DNA of 64,000 nucleotides, from the NCBI GenBank assembly GCA_049322915.1, contig JBMOPW010000014.1:1028224-1092223 (forward strand), written 5' to 3'. Made by a program: the position numbers and the translations under genes. Shown here piece by piece: positions 21,055-29,957 of this stretch (position 1 is the stretch's first letter; every line of letters starts with the position of its first letter). The notes beneath the pieces were generated by a model. The model saw only the letters and a list, made by a program, of their open reading frames with translations. It was not told the DNA's origin and made no database searches. This DNA is from Candidatus Zhuqueibacterota bacterium. Lineage in GTDB: Bacteria; Zhuqueibacterota; Zhuqueibacteria; Thermofontimicrobiales; Thermofontimicrobiaceae.

Positions 21055-24000
21055 TCAGAATTCAAATCTAAAGCCGAGATCGATAGATCTGCCCTGCATC
21101 CAAAACCAGGGATGATCCCAGTTTGTGCTATAGTCGGTCCTGCTGTAGCCGGGATTCGGTTGAGTCGGGCTTCCAGTTTCAGAATACACGCTGAGAATAT
21201 TTTTTCGATCAAACAGATTGTTCACACGGGCGATGATACCAGCTCGGATATTTGTGAACATGGTAAAATCTTTTCGGAATACGGCATTCACGGTATAAAC
21301 CATGGGACGCCTGGCTGTATTCGGCTCAAGAGATCGACCGCCAATGGAGGGCGTATAGGGATAACCGCTGCGCAATTGAATTGTATACTGCATCAGGAAA
21401 TTTTCCAGTGGTTTAAAACCGAAAAGTTTCGGTCCTTGGTTTTTGAGCAGTTGAATTCCAAAATGCCCGGTGAGTTGGTGCGGTGCATCTACGCCGGAGA
21501 GATACTCTTTTTTGGCAACGGTTTCCGATGTCACGCCGTCCCAGTAGCCGGACCAGGAATAGAACTGGTTCATTTTTGACTGCGACAGGGTGTATTGCAG
21601 TTCGCCAAAATAGTTATCGCTGAACTGTTTTTCAATTGTGATATCTATACCTTTGGAACTGCCGAAATCATTGTTGGTGATAATGCCGTATGAATAGCCG
21701 CCGAGACTGTCCGGATCAAAGCCAGAGATTCGGAAACTGCCGGCGTTGCCATTATTCTCTTTCGCCCACGCGGCAACGCGAATGACCCAGAAATCGCTCA
21801 TCTGGTAATCCACGCCGGCTTCGTAGGAGATGGTTCGCTGTGCATCCATGTGCGCCCATCCGAAGAAGGGAAGTGGCGAGTTCATATCCAGATGCTGGTT
21901 GGTGTACAAATCGCGATAGTCAGGCACCTGGAAGAAATGGCCGTAATTGAAATGGAATGTGGCGCGATCAGTGATCGGATGACCCACGCCAATTCGGGGG
22001 CTGATCTGATATTTTTTCTTGCCTTCATCAACGCCGGACGTGGGATCGGTCCAATCCGCCCAGGCGCGTCCTTTGGAATTGGCATAGTCCATCCGAACGC
22101 CGAGGTTGATGATGAAGTTTTTAAAATCCATTTTATCCTGGATATAAGCGCAGAATTCCTCGGGCTTTAAATGGTAGTAGGAAGGATAGCCATGAGCCAG
22201 CCAGGGATATTGATATTCGAGGAACATGATACCGCCCACTCCCTGGCCAAAAAGATCGTTCGTCAGACCGAACGTCTTGTATTCCAATCCCAATTTGATT
22301 TGATGCGAACGCTGTGCCTGCCATGTCATATCGCCTTTCAACTGAAGCGATTGCTGGAAATTTTTTGCCCAGTATTGCTGGGGCGAACCGCGATAAACTT
22401 GTTTAATGCTGCCGTCTTCCAGCGTGTCATAGCGGACGAAGGTCAAGTCGTGATAGAAGCCATTGTTGGAGGTTGGCGTTGGGTATTCTTGGGGGCCAAA
22501 ATCAACCCAGTAATTGGGATCATCATAGAAGACCTGATAGGCTTCGGAGAATTCGTCGGCATGGCCGGGTGTGAGTTCATGGCCGTCGATGCCGTGAACG
22601 CTGTAGGAGCGCGATTTGTAAAAGCGCGACCCGCGAATTTCATAAAACAGCTTTGGCGAAACCTGATGGGTGAAAATAAACGTCTGCTGATCCGTGCGGT
22701 CATCCAGCACATTCAATCCGCTCTCCGCCCAGGTATAGGCCGATGACCAACTCCGCTGCACGCGCTGATTGAAGCGCAACGGGATGATGAGCTTCATGTT
22801 GGGAGTAATGCGCCACGCCAACTTCGCAGTGATGTCCCAGTTTTTGTTGAAGCCAAAACTGCGCCAGCCTTCAATATCATCCCAGGCATGGAGCTCAGCG
22901 TGACCATCTCCGTCCCAATCATCCCGATAGCGCCAAGCCTTTCGCCATGCGCCTGTATTCCATTCGCGAAGCACATCGCCGGCATAATAGTAGCTTTCAT
23001 TCTTGCGAAGCTGTTCGATGTTTTTCACTTCAGTGATAATGCCTTTTTCAATCTGTTCAACAATCTTTTGATGAACAGGATTGTCTGGATTATCGATGAT
23101 GGAATTGATCGGCGTGGGATCATAGGTATGATCGTCGAATTCGTAATAGTAGGGTTTCTTGTAGCCCTGTTCCCCTGAGAAGAAGAACGACATGCCCCTG
23201 ATGAAAGGAATAGGCCCGCTGATGGAGCCGATAACCTGATGGGCGTCTCGTACATCATCCGCCTTTGAGAAAAGTCCGGTGATATCACTGGAGTTATATT
23301 CGGTAACGATGTTGTACCTGGTGCCGCCCTCTTTGGTGACGATATTCACCACGGCAGATTGGGCTTCGCCGTATTCGGCATCGAATGCACCGATGATCGT
23401 CGTGAGTTCCTGAATGGCTTCCCTGTTGACGCTTGTGCCCATACCGGCATAGATCGCGTCTTCCACGTACATGCCGTCCACCATGTATGCGATCTCACCG
23501 CTTCGTCCACCGCGGACATGCACCTGATCGATACCACGGGTTTCGAATCCAGTGATTTTATTGCCTTCGTCCATGATGATAACGCCGGACTGCATGGCCA
23601 TGATTTCCTGCGCCGAACGCACCGGCATGTTTTCAATCATATCGGAGGTAATGGTCGCGCGCTTGCTGGTGATTTGTGGCTCGATCAATGGCCGTTCGGC
23701 CGTGACGGTCACGGCTTCGCCCAATTCCATCACAGTGGGCTTGAGCGTAAAGTTCACCTTCACTGTCAAGTCGACATGGACTTCGATTTGAGTGGACTGA
23801 CCCTGATACCCCATCATGGTTGTCTTGATGGTATATTTTCCAGGCGGAACGTTGATGATGAAGAAGTAGCCATCCATATCGGTGGATGAACCCATCGTGG
23901 AATTTTCTAAAATCACATTGGCTCCGGGCAATGGATCTCCTGTTTCAGCATCTTTGACAAATCCTGAAACTTTGCCTGTGGTTCCTGAATGAAGATGAGA

Positions 24001-24063
24001 ACCCAGGAACAGAAGAACTAAGATACCAAGAGCGCTACACAGTAACATTTTTTTGAGACGCAA
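21055..24063 (-). CDS. TonB-dependent receptor with an N-terminal carboxypeptidase-regulatory-like domain
   Basis: GTTGKVSGFVKDAETGDPLPGANV, plug HVRGGRSGEIAYMVDG, FDAEYG, NIVTKEG, barrel SPRIG and NNLFD, C-terminal Phe. TTG at 24063 has a GGGAGG RBS; the ORF track starts at 24090. Confidence 0.93.
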   Translation of the reverse strand: MRLKKMLLCSALGILVLLFLGSHLHSGTTGKVSGFVKDAETGDPLPGANVILENSTMGSSTDMDGYFFIINVPPGKYTIKTTMMGYQGQSTQIEVHVDLTVKVNFTLKPTVMELGEAVTVTAERPLIEPQITSKRATITSDMIENMPVRSAQEIMAMQSGVIIMDEGNKITGFETRGIDQVHVRGGRSGEIAYMVDGMYVEDAIYAGMGTSVNREAIQELTTIIGAFDAEYGEAQSAVVNIVTKEGGTRYNIVTEYNSSDITGLFSKADDVRDAHQVIGSISGPIPFIRGMSFFFSGEQGYKKPYYYEFDDHTYDPTPINSIIDNPDNPVHQKIVEQIEKGIITEVKNIEQLRKNESYYYAGDVLREWNTGAWRKAWRYRDDWDGDGHAELHAWDDIEGWRSFGFNKNWDITAKLAWRITPNMKLIIPLRFNQRVQRSWSSAYTWAESGLNVLDDRTDQQTFIFTHQVSPKLFYEIRGSRFYKSRSYSVHGIDGHELTPGHADEFSEAYQVFYDDPNYWVDFGPQEYPTPTSNNGFYHDLTFVRYDTLEDGSIKQVYRGSPQQYWAKNFQQSLQLKGDMTWQAQRSHQIKLGLEYKTFGLTNDLFGQGVGGIMFLEYQYPWLAHGYPSYYHLKPEEFCAYIQDKMDFKNFIINLGVRMDYANSKGRAWADWTDPTSGVDEGKKKYQISPRIGVGHPITDRATFHFNYGHFFQVPDYRDLYTNQHLDMNSPLPFFGWAHMDAQRTISYEAGVDYQMSDFWVIRVAAWAKENNGNAGSFRISGFDPDSLGGYSYGIITNNDFGSSKGIDITIEKQFSDNYFGELQYTLSQSKMNQFYSWSGYWDGVTSETVAKKEYLSGVDAPHQLTGHFGIQLLKNQGPKLFGFKPLENFLMQYTIQLRSGYPYTPSIGGRSLEPNTARRPMVYTVNAVFRKDFTMFTNIRAGIIARVNNLFDRKNILSVYSETGSPTQPNPGYSRTDYSTNWDHPWFWMQGRSIDLGFRFEF

Positions 24064-24147
24064 TGTCAGTTCCTCCCTTAATTGGTTCATAAAATGTATA
24101 ATTTATTTTGAAACTTTTAATTTTCTCGTTCGTTACAAGGAAAGCAC

Positions 24148-24249
24148 AAAAAAAGACGCCTGCCCGGAATACTCCGGCAGTGATCACAATTTTTGTGTAT
24201 ATAAGATTAAGGTCATAGGTGGTCCTTCGCCCATTCCATCTATGACCTT
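24148..24249 (-). promoter_or_regulatory. Structured 5' leader: long hairpin plus terminator-like hairpin
   Basis: Arms AAGGTCATAGGTGG (24209-24222) and CCATCTATGACCTT (24236-24249); then, on the minus strand, CTGCCGGAGTATTCCGGGCAG-GCGTC-T7 (24180-24148). Confidence 0.5.
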
Positions 24250-24270
24250 TTTTATTAACTGTCCCAAAGA

Positions 24271-24286
24271 TGCAAGATTAATGCCA
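24271..24286 (-). promoter_or_regulatory. Sigma54 (-24/-12) promoter of the TonB receptor operon
   Basis: Minus strand TGGCATTAATCTTGCA is a near-perfect match to TGGCAC-N5-TTGCA. Confidence 0.8.
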
Positions 24287-24452
24287 TTTTTGTAACATCT
24301 CTTTTTGAGCTTTAACTTCAAAATTTTTAATAAAAATAAACCAATAGATTCCCCCCATTATTTATTTCATGCAAATCACTGCACGAATCCTGGTGAATGA
24401 TTTTGCACGCTGTTCAGACTCGGAAGATACCTGATGAATGGTCTGTCAGCTT

Positions 24453-24487
24453 TGTTCAACATTAAACATGTGTATCAGCGTGGAACA
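24453..24487. promoter_or_regulatory. Tandem TGT-N10/11-ACA dyads, candidate activator sites
   Basis: TGTTCAACATTAAACA (24453-24468) and TGTATCAGCGTGGAACA (24471-24487) lie between the sigma54 promoter and the divergent activator gene. Confidence 0.5.
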
Positions 24488-24642
24488 GGACTTCGCCTTA
24501 CAATATCATTATTGTAACTTCTTAGGTATGTTATTAATTAGAAGATAATTAGAAGATTGAGCCCCGAAGAAATGGGTCATCTTGTGATGGCATGGTATTT
24601 GTCTTTTGTCAAAGATGAATTCAACGAGACGAAAGGGAGATT

Positions 24643-26136
24643 ATGAAAGAGTGCCAGACCATCCTGCTGATTGATGACGATTTTGATATGCATACCATCT
24701 GCAAACGGTATATTGAAAAAGGCGGTTACCAGTTTTTATCAGCGAGAAATGGCAGGGAAGGATTGGAGATCATCAAGGCCGGGCGGGCTGATCTGGTGCT
24801 GCTTGATTACATGATGCCGGAATTGGATGGGGCTGAAGTATTTCAAATTTTAAGAAACGAGCCGCATTTTGAGCATGTGCGGGACGTGCCGGTTATCATC
24901 ATGACAGTTCTGTCGGACAATTATGTTGAAAAATCCGAATTGCTCAAATCCGGTGTTGCGCTCTTTCTGCAGAAACCGTTTGGATTCAAGGAATTAATCG
25001 ACATCATCGATAACGTGTTTGTCACGACTGCCATTCGTAAAAAGCAACGCGAGGTTGAAGCTCAAAAGATCGAGGAAGCGGAGCGGCTCTTTGATGAAAA
25101 TAAGCTACTCAAAAATCAATTCCAGGAAAAGTACAGCTTCAATAATATTGTCACCATCAATTCAAAGATGCGGCAGATTTTCGACAAGATTGTGAAGATT
25201 GCCCATACCGATGCCAACATCCTGATTTATGGCGAGAGCGGGACCGGGAAAGAACTCATCGCGCGGTCCATCCACGCCACCAGTTCGCGGAAAGATTTTT
25301 CGTTCGTGCCGGTCGACTGCGTTGCATTGCCGGCATCGTTGATGGAAAGTGAATTATTCGGGTATGAACGGGGCGCGTTCACCGGCGCAGTGAATGCGAA
25401 AGGCGGTCTGATCGAGTTGGCCAACAAAGGCACATTTTTCCTTGACGAGATTTGCGAGCTGAATTTCGATTTGCAGGCCAAGTTGCTCCGCGTCCTGCAG
25501 GAGCGCCAATTCCGCCGGCTCGGTGGCAAGAAATTGATTCATGTGGATATCCGCATCATCTCCGCGACCAATAAAAATCCCGAAAGAGCCATGATGGAAA
25601 ATCAGCTCCGGGAAGATTTATATTACCGGCTGAATGTCATTCCCATTCATGTGCCGCCGCTTCGGGAGCGCAAGGAAGACATCCCGTTGCTCGCCGAGCA
25701 TTTTATCAAGCGGTTCTCCAGCCATAATGGAAATCACAAGATCCAATTATCCGATCAGGCAATGGATATTATAACTGAGTACCAATGGCCGGGCAATGTT
25801 CGGGAATTGCAAAATTTAATGGAGCGTTTGGTGTCGCTGGCCAACAGCGATGTGGTGGACGTCGATGATTTACCCAAAGAAATTCTTGAAAATTATGAAA
25901 TACAGCATACGGTCCTTTCCAATGACCTGCCGCTGAAAGATGCGCGCCGCCAATGGATCGCTCAGTTCGAACGAAATTACCTGCTCAATCTTTTGATGCG
26001 ATGCGACGGCAATATCTCCAAAGTCGCCCGAATTGCTCAGGTGAACCGGATGACTATTTATCGGCTGCTCAGCACCTACAATATCAGTTTCAAAAAGTCC
26101 ATCATCCAGAATGAGCCGGCCGGATCATTTCGATAA
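24643..26136 (+). CDS. Sigma54-dependent response regulator (REC, AAA+, HTH)
   Basis: LIDDD, DYMMP, GESGTGKE, ESELFGYERGAFTGA, WPGNVREL and a C-terminal HTH. Confidence 0.95.
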   Translation: MKECQTILLIDDDFDMHTICKRYIEKGGYQFLSARNGREGLEIIKAGRADLVLLDYMMPELDGAEVFQILRNEPHFEHVRDVPVIIMTVLSDNYVEKSELLKSGVALFLQKPFGFKELIDIIDNVFVTTAIRKKQREVEAQKIEEAERLFDENKLLKNQFQEKYSFNNIVTINSKMRQIFDKIVKIAHTDANILIYGESGTGKELIARSIHATSSRKDFSFVPVDCVALPASLMESELFGYERGAFTGAVNAKGGLIELANKGTFFLDEICELNFDLQAKLLRVLQERQFRRLGGKKLIHVDIRIISATNKNPERAMMENQLREDLYYRLNVIPIHVPPLRERKEDIPLLAEHFIKRFSSHNGNHKIQLSDQAMDIITEYQWPGNVRELQNLMERLVSLANSDVVDVDDLPKEILENYEIQHTVLSNDLPLKDARRQWIAQFERNYLLNLLMRCDGNISKVARIAQVNRMTIYRLLSTYNISFKKSIIQNEPAGSFR

Positions 26137-26151
26137 ACCGTTATTGGCTTG

Positions 26152-26194
26152 AAAAAAAACGTTCCCGCAATGCCTGTGGGAACGCTTCATTTTT
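26152..26194. terminator. Hairpin between convergent genes
   Basis: A-run, then CGTTCCCGCA-atgcc-TGTGGGAACG, then a T-rich tail. Confidence 0.6.
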
Positions 26195-26228
26195 GGAGTA
26201 CACTATCATTGAAAAAACAATAGGCGCG

Positions 26229-27521
26229 TCATCTATTTCCTTCTGTTATTTCCATCGCGAAATTCTCCATCTCACCCAGATTCCTTAAATCCAGATATTC
26301 ATCGTCATCTACCGGCAGCGCCAACTGGGTCAGCATAGGATCCTCCCCCAGTTCGTCGATTCCAATCACTTTGATTTCCTGAATTGGCCCGTTCAGAAAA
26401 TCCCCGCCCTTGCGCATGAGAAATGTCACACTGAGCAGCATCAGAACCATCTGGCCGACGCCGATGAACGCATCGACAGTGTGACCATGTCTCAGCAAAA
26501 TAGCGGTGAGACCGAACACTGTGGTCAGGATGAAAATCATCAGGGACGTCTGCCAGGCGGAAAAACCCACGGCCAACAACCGATGATGCATGTGGTCCCG
26601 GCCGGTGTAATCGAGAAACTCGCGGATGGAATGAACTTTTTGAGTGACGATGCGGGAGACCATCACATAGCCCAGGTCGAAGATGAGAATGCCCAGAATG
26701 AGGAGCGGAATGCTGATGGCCTTGATGGTATTGCCTTCGGCCCACTCGCCCATGAGCGCGAAGACCGCCAGTAGGAATCCGATGAACGTCGAGCCGCTGT
26801 CGCCCAGGAAAATCAACGCCGGCCGATTCCTTCGAAAATTATACGGGATAAATCCGAGACAGGCGCCCATCAGCGAAATGGCTAAGAGCGTGAGGGTGTG
26901 CTGATGGGTCTGGATGGCGATGATGCTGAAAATCAACGAGCAGATAATCCCGATGCCGGACGCCACGCCGTCGAGGCCATCCATGAAATTGAACGCGTTG
27001 GTAATGCCGATCACCCAGGCAAACGTCAACACACAGTCCAGAAGGATACCCCATGTCGTGTCCGGGAACAGGTTCAAAATAATGCCGGATTTTATCAGGA
27101 TGAATGTGGCGATGATTTGGCCTGCCAGTCGGACTTGTGGTGACAGGCCGCGGATATCGTCTATCAATCCCATGACAATGATCAACCCGGCCGCCAGAAG
27201 CACGCCCCGCAATTCATACGAAAAATACAGGCTCAGACAGAGCGCTGCCACAAATGAAATGAAAATTGCCAGTCCGCCCATGAGCGGGGTGGCCTTCGAG
27301 TGAAATTTTCGGGAAGCATTGGGCTCATCCACAGCTTTCAATTTCCGGGCGAATGGCCGCATGAGGGGCGTGAGGATCAGCGACGACAGGAATGAAAAGC
27401 CGAGAAGAAATAGCCACATCATATTCTGCCGGAAGAACCAGAATTGCGCATTTCCAAAGAACAACCAAACAACACTGACCAGCCAGATTGCCGCACAGGA
27501 AAAGTACCACATGGAAATCAT
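26229..27521 (-). CDS. Undecaprenyl-phosphate N-acetylhexosamine-1-phosphate transferase (WecA/TagO, MraY-like)
   Basis: TPLMGGLAIF, GLIDD, NAFNFMDGLDG, IFLGDSGS and DHMHHRL motifs; many TM helices; extra acidic C-terminal tail. Confidence 0.92.
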   Translation of the reverse strand: MISMWYFSCAAIWLVSVVWLFFGNAQFWFFRQNMMWLFLLGFSFLSSLILTPLMRPFARKLKAVDEPNASRKFHSKATPLMGGLAIFISFVAALCLSLYFSYELRGVLLAAGLIIVMGLIDDIRGLSPQVRLAGQIIATFILIKSGIILNLFPDTTWGILLDCVLTFAWVIGITNAFNFMDGLDGVASGIGIICSLIFSIIAIQTHQHTLTLLAISLMGACLGFIPYNFRRNRPALIFLGDSGSTFIGFLLAVFALMGEWAEGNTIKAISIPLLILGILIFDLGYVMVSRIVTQKVHSIREFLDYTGRDHMHHRLLAVGFSAWQTSLMIFILTTVFGLTAILLRHGHTVDAFIGVGQMVLMLLSVTFLMRKGGDFLNGPIQEIKVIGIDELGEDPMLTQLALPVDDDEYLDLRNLGEMENFAMEITEGNR

Positions 27522-28594
27522 ACCGTCTCTCTCACAATTTTATTGAATGTTTCGACAATATAGGCCTGTTCGTCAGAGGTCAGCCCGGGATAGATCGGCA
27601 GGGAAATCGCTTGATCGTAGACGGTGTCCGTGATGGGGCAGGCCTTTGTTTTCACAAAATGATGGAGCGGTTTGAAAATAGGTCGCCGGCAACTGATGCC
27701 GGCCGCATTCATTTTGATGATTATTTTATCGGCACGAATGGGTACTTTTATAACATAACGGTAATAGATGTGGCTATTATTTTTCGGGACTTTTGGCAAT
27801 GCGACCGGCAGGTCGCGAAACGCTTCTGTGTACGCGGCGGCTAAACTTTTGCGCGTCTGAATGAATTCGTCCAATCGGGCAAACTGGCTCAACCCCAGCG
27901 ATGCATGGATGTCGCTCATTTTGTAATTGTAACGCAGCATGAAATTTTCCTTCTCATCCACCTCGCGCAGATCGCGGATTTTCTCCGTCACTGATTTTGA
28001 ACGCGCGCAGACCATGCCGCCTTCGCCGCAGGCAATGACTTTGGTGGCGTAAAACGAGCAGACCGTCAAAGCGCCGCAACTGCCGGCCAGTCGGCCATCG
28101 CGGGAAGCGCCAAGCGATTGGGCGCAATCTTCGATGATGGGGATGTCGAGAGACTGGATCGGTTCCATCTCGACCGGGCAACCGAACAGATGGGGCACAA
28201 TCACAGCTTTTGTACGCGGGGTGACTTTTCGGTGCAAGTCGTGAATATCCAGATTCATGGACTCGAAATCCGTATCGATGAGCAATGGCGATGCGCCGAC
28301 ATACCGGAGCGCGTGCAGCAGGGAGACGCAGACGTAACTGGGAATGGCGACCTCATGGCCTCGCCCGATGTTCAAACCCAGCAACGCCAGGTGCAGGGCG
28401 GTTGTGCCTGAATTCGTGGCCACTGCGCCGGCCAGGGAAAAGAAGCCGGCGAGTTTTGCCTCAAACTCTTCGACATAATAGCCGCCGGATAGCCTGCGCT
28501 CCGAAAGCGCCCGGGTTACGGATGCTATGTCAGTCTGGTCGATACTTGGTTTCGAATGCGGGATCATGATTCCTGCCGTTCGCTGGGACATCAA
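27518..28594 (-). CDS. DegT/DnrJ/EryC1/StrS family aminotransferase
   Basis: NSGTTALHLAL, IIEDCAQSLG, SFYATK (PLP lysine), GEGG, SLPIYP. Confidence 0.92.
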   Translation of the reverse strand: MMSQRTAGIMIPHSKPSIDQTDIASVTRALSERRLSGGYYVEEFEAKLAGFFSLAGAVATNSGTTALHLALLGLNIGRGHEVAIPSYVCVSLLHALRYVGASPLLIDTDFESMNLDIHDLHRKVTPRTKAVIVPHLFGCPVEMEPIQSLDIPIIEDCAQSLGASRDGRLAGSCGALTVCSFYATKVIACGEGGMVCARSKSVTEKIRDLREVDEKENFMLRYNYKMSDIHASLGLSQFARLDEFIQTRKSLAAAYTEAFRDLPVALPKVPKNNSHIYYRYVIKVPIRADKIIIKMNAAGISCRRPIFKPLHHFVKTKACPITDTVYDQAISLPIYPGLTSDEQAYIVETFNKIVRETV

Positions 28595-29229
28595 ATGGCT
28601 GTTTCGCCGGTGTTCATTTCCAGCGTGAGCCGCTGGGCCAAAAACGCCTCGGCGTATTTCAATCGGCCCTGAATTCCCCGAAAATTGACATTGGAGTGGG
28701 CCATTTCCATGATGTTCAAATTGCGAATATTGGTTTTTGTGATTTGCGAATGATGGGCCTCAAGCAATCTTTTCTTCTCTTCCAGCACTTCTTCGATATC
28801 GACGAAAATTGTGGGATTGAAATTCTGAGTGGTTGGCCCTTCATAAAACAGAAAATTTCGGACATACCGCCCGGCGGTGATGGAACATTGCGCCAGAGTC
28901 CGATGATCTTGATGGGTGTCATCGTAATAATGCACAAACACGTAATCCGCATGGATGATGTGCATGATATTTTCCAGATCGGAGATGAGCTTCTGGTGCA
29001 TGGGAATAGCCGTGTCCTGATAACCGCCCCAGAAAATGCGCTTCACTCCCATCACCTCGCACGATTTGATCTGCTCCTGTTTCCGATCCGTGCCGTTCCT
29101 GCCAAACTCGCCGTTGGTGGCAACGAAGACAAAAATTTCATTCCGCGGGTCCTTGGCCCATTTGAGCAGGACGCCGCCGCAGCCATATTCAACATCGTCG
29201 GGATGCGCTCCAATTGCCAGTATATTCAT
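28591..29229 (-). CDS. PIG-L / LmbE family de-N-acetylase
   Basis: AIGAHPDDVEYG, DTHQDH and HHSQ motifs; start placed at MNILAIG (29229), while the ORF track extends to 29370. Confidence 0.9.
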   Translation of the reverse strand: MNILAIGAHPDDVEYGCGGVLLKWAKDPRNEIFVFVATNGEFGRNGTDRKQEQIKSCEVMGVKRIFWGGYQDTAIPMHQKLISDLENIMHIIHADYVFVHYYDDTHQDHRTLAQCSITAGRYVRNFLFYEGPTTQNFNPTIFVDIEEVLEEKKRLLEAHHSQITKTNIRNLNIMEMAHSNVNFRGIQGRLKYAEAFLAQRLTLEMNTGETAI

Positions 29230-29926
29230 ATCGCGTTTCTTCCTTGCTTGATAAAATCTCCAGGCTTTGATCGCCGCAGTTGAACAGCAGATCCAGAACC
29301 GACATGTACGGCTCAAAATTGCCAAATAATTGCCGGTACACCGGGTGCGAATAATCCTGAAACACGACATCTATATTGGCGTCGTGGTAGGTTTTCAAAT
29401 TCATGTAGGATTTGCCCCCGGCACCAGCGAGATAGGTTGTCGCGCCAAAGTGTTGGGCTATTTTGACCAGCCGCTCATCCGGCGTCTCCGGCAGCGGCGG
29501 CAGTTGGGAAGCAATGTACACCGGCGTATGGATGTTCAGCAATTTCATCAGATGCTGAATGACGTAAATGTTCAACGCGGAGAGATACTCCCACCGGATC
29601 GTGAACAGGTCTTCTATCTCATTCCAATAGGTTTCGAAGAATGGCGCATTGTGGTAGCTGGTCATGATGGCGTGGACATGCTTTGCCCGCCAATCGCGGG
29701 TCGGGCAGATTTTCACATGCTGGATTTTCTGCCCGAAATGGTGCTCCACCGGCACCGTCAGCCATTGCCATCCCTGACTGGTTTTTATGCGGTTTCGGTT
29801 TTGCCATTCATTTTTTTTGAATTGAACATTGTCCAGCAGAACAAACATATCCGCCTGCTGAATTTTATCGAAGAAACCGAGCCACGGTAAGTACTGAGGC
29901 TGATGCACGGCGAGGATCATAGTCAT
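29189..29926 (-). CDS. WbqC family protein
   Basis: HQPQYLPWLGFFDK, LDNVQF, WQNRNRI, WLTVP, YLAGAGG, SVLDLLFN. Confidence 0.92.
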   Translation of the reverse strand: MTMILAVHQPQYLPWLGFFDKIQQADMFVLLDNVQFKKNEWQNRNRIKTSQGWQWLTVPVEHHFGQKIQHVKICPTRDWRAKHVHAIMTSYHNAPFFETYWNEIEDLFTIRWEYLSALNIYVIQHLMKLLNIHTPVYIASQLPPLPETPDERLVKIAQHFGATTYLAGAGGKSYMNLKTYHDANIDVVFQDYSHPVYRQLFGNFEPYMSVLDLLFNCGDQSLEILSSKEETRYEYTGNWSASRRC

Positions 29927-29957
29927 TCCTTTTCATTTTGTTCATGTGAATTCAATT

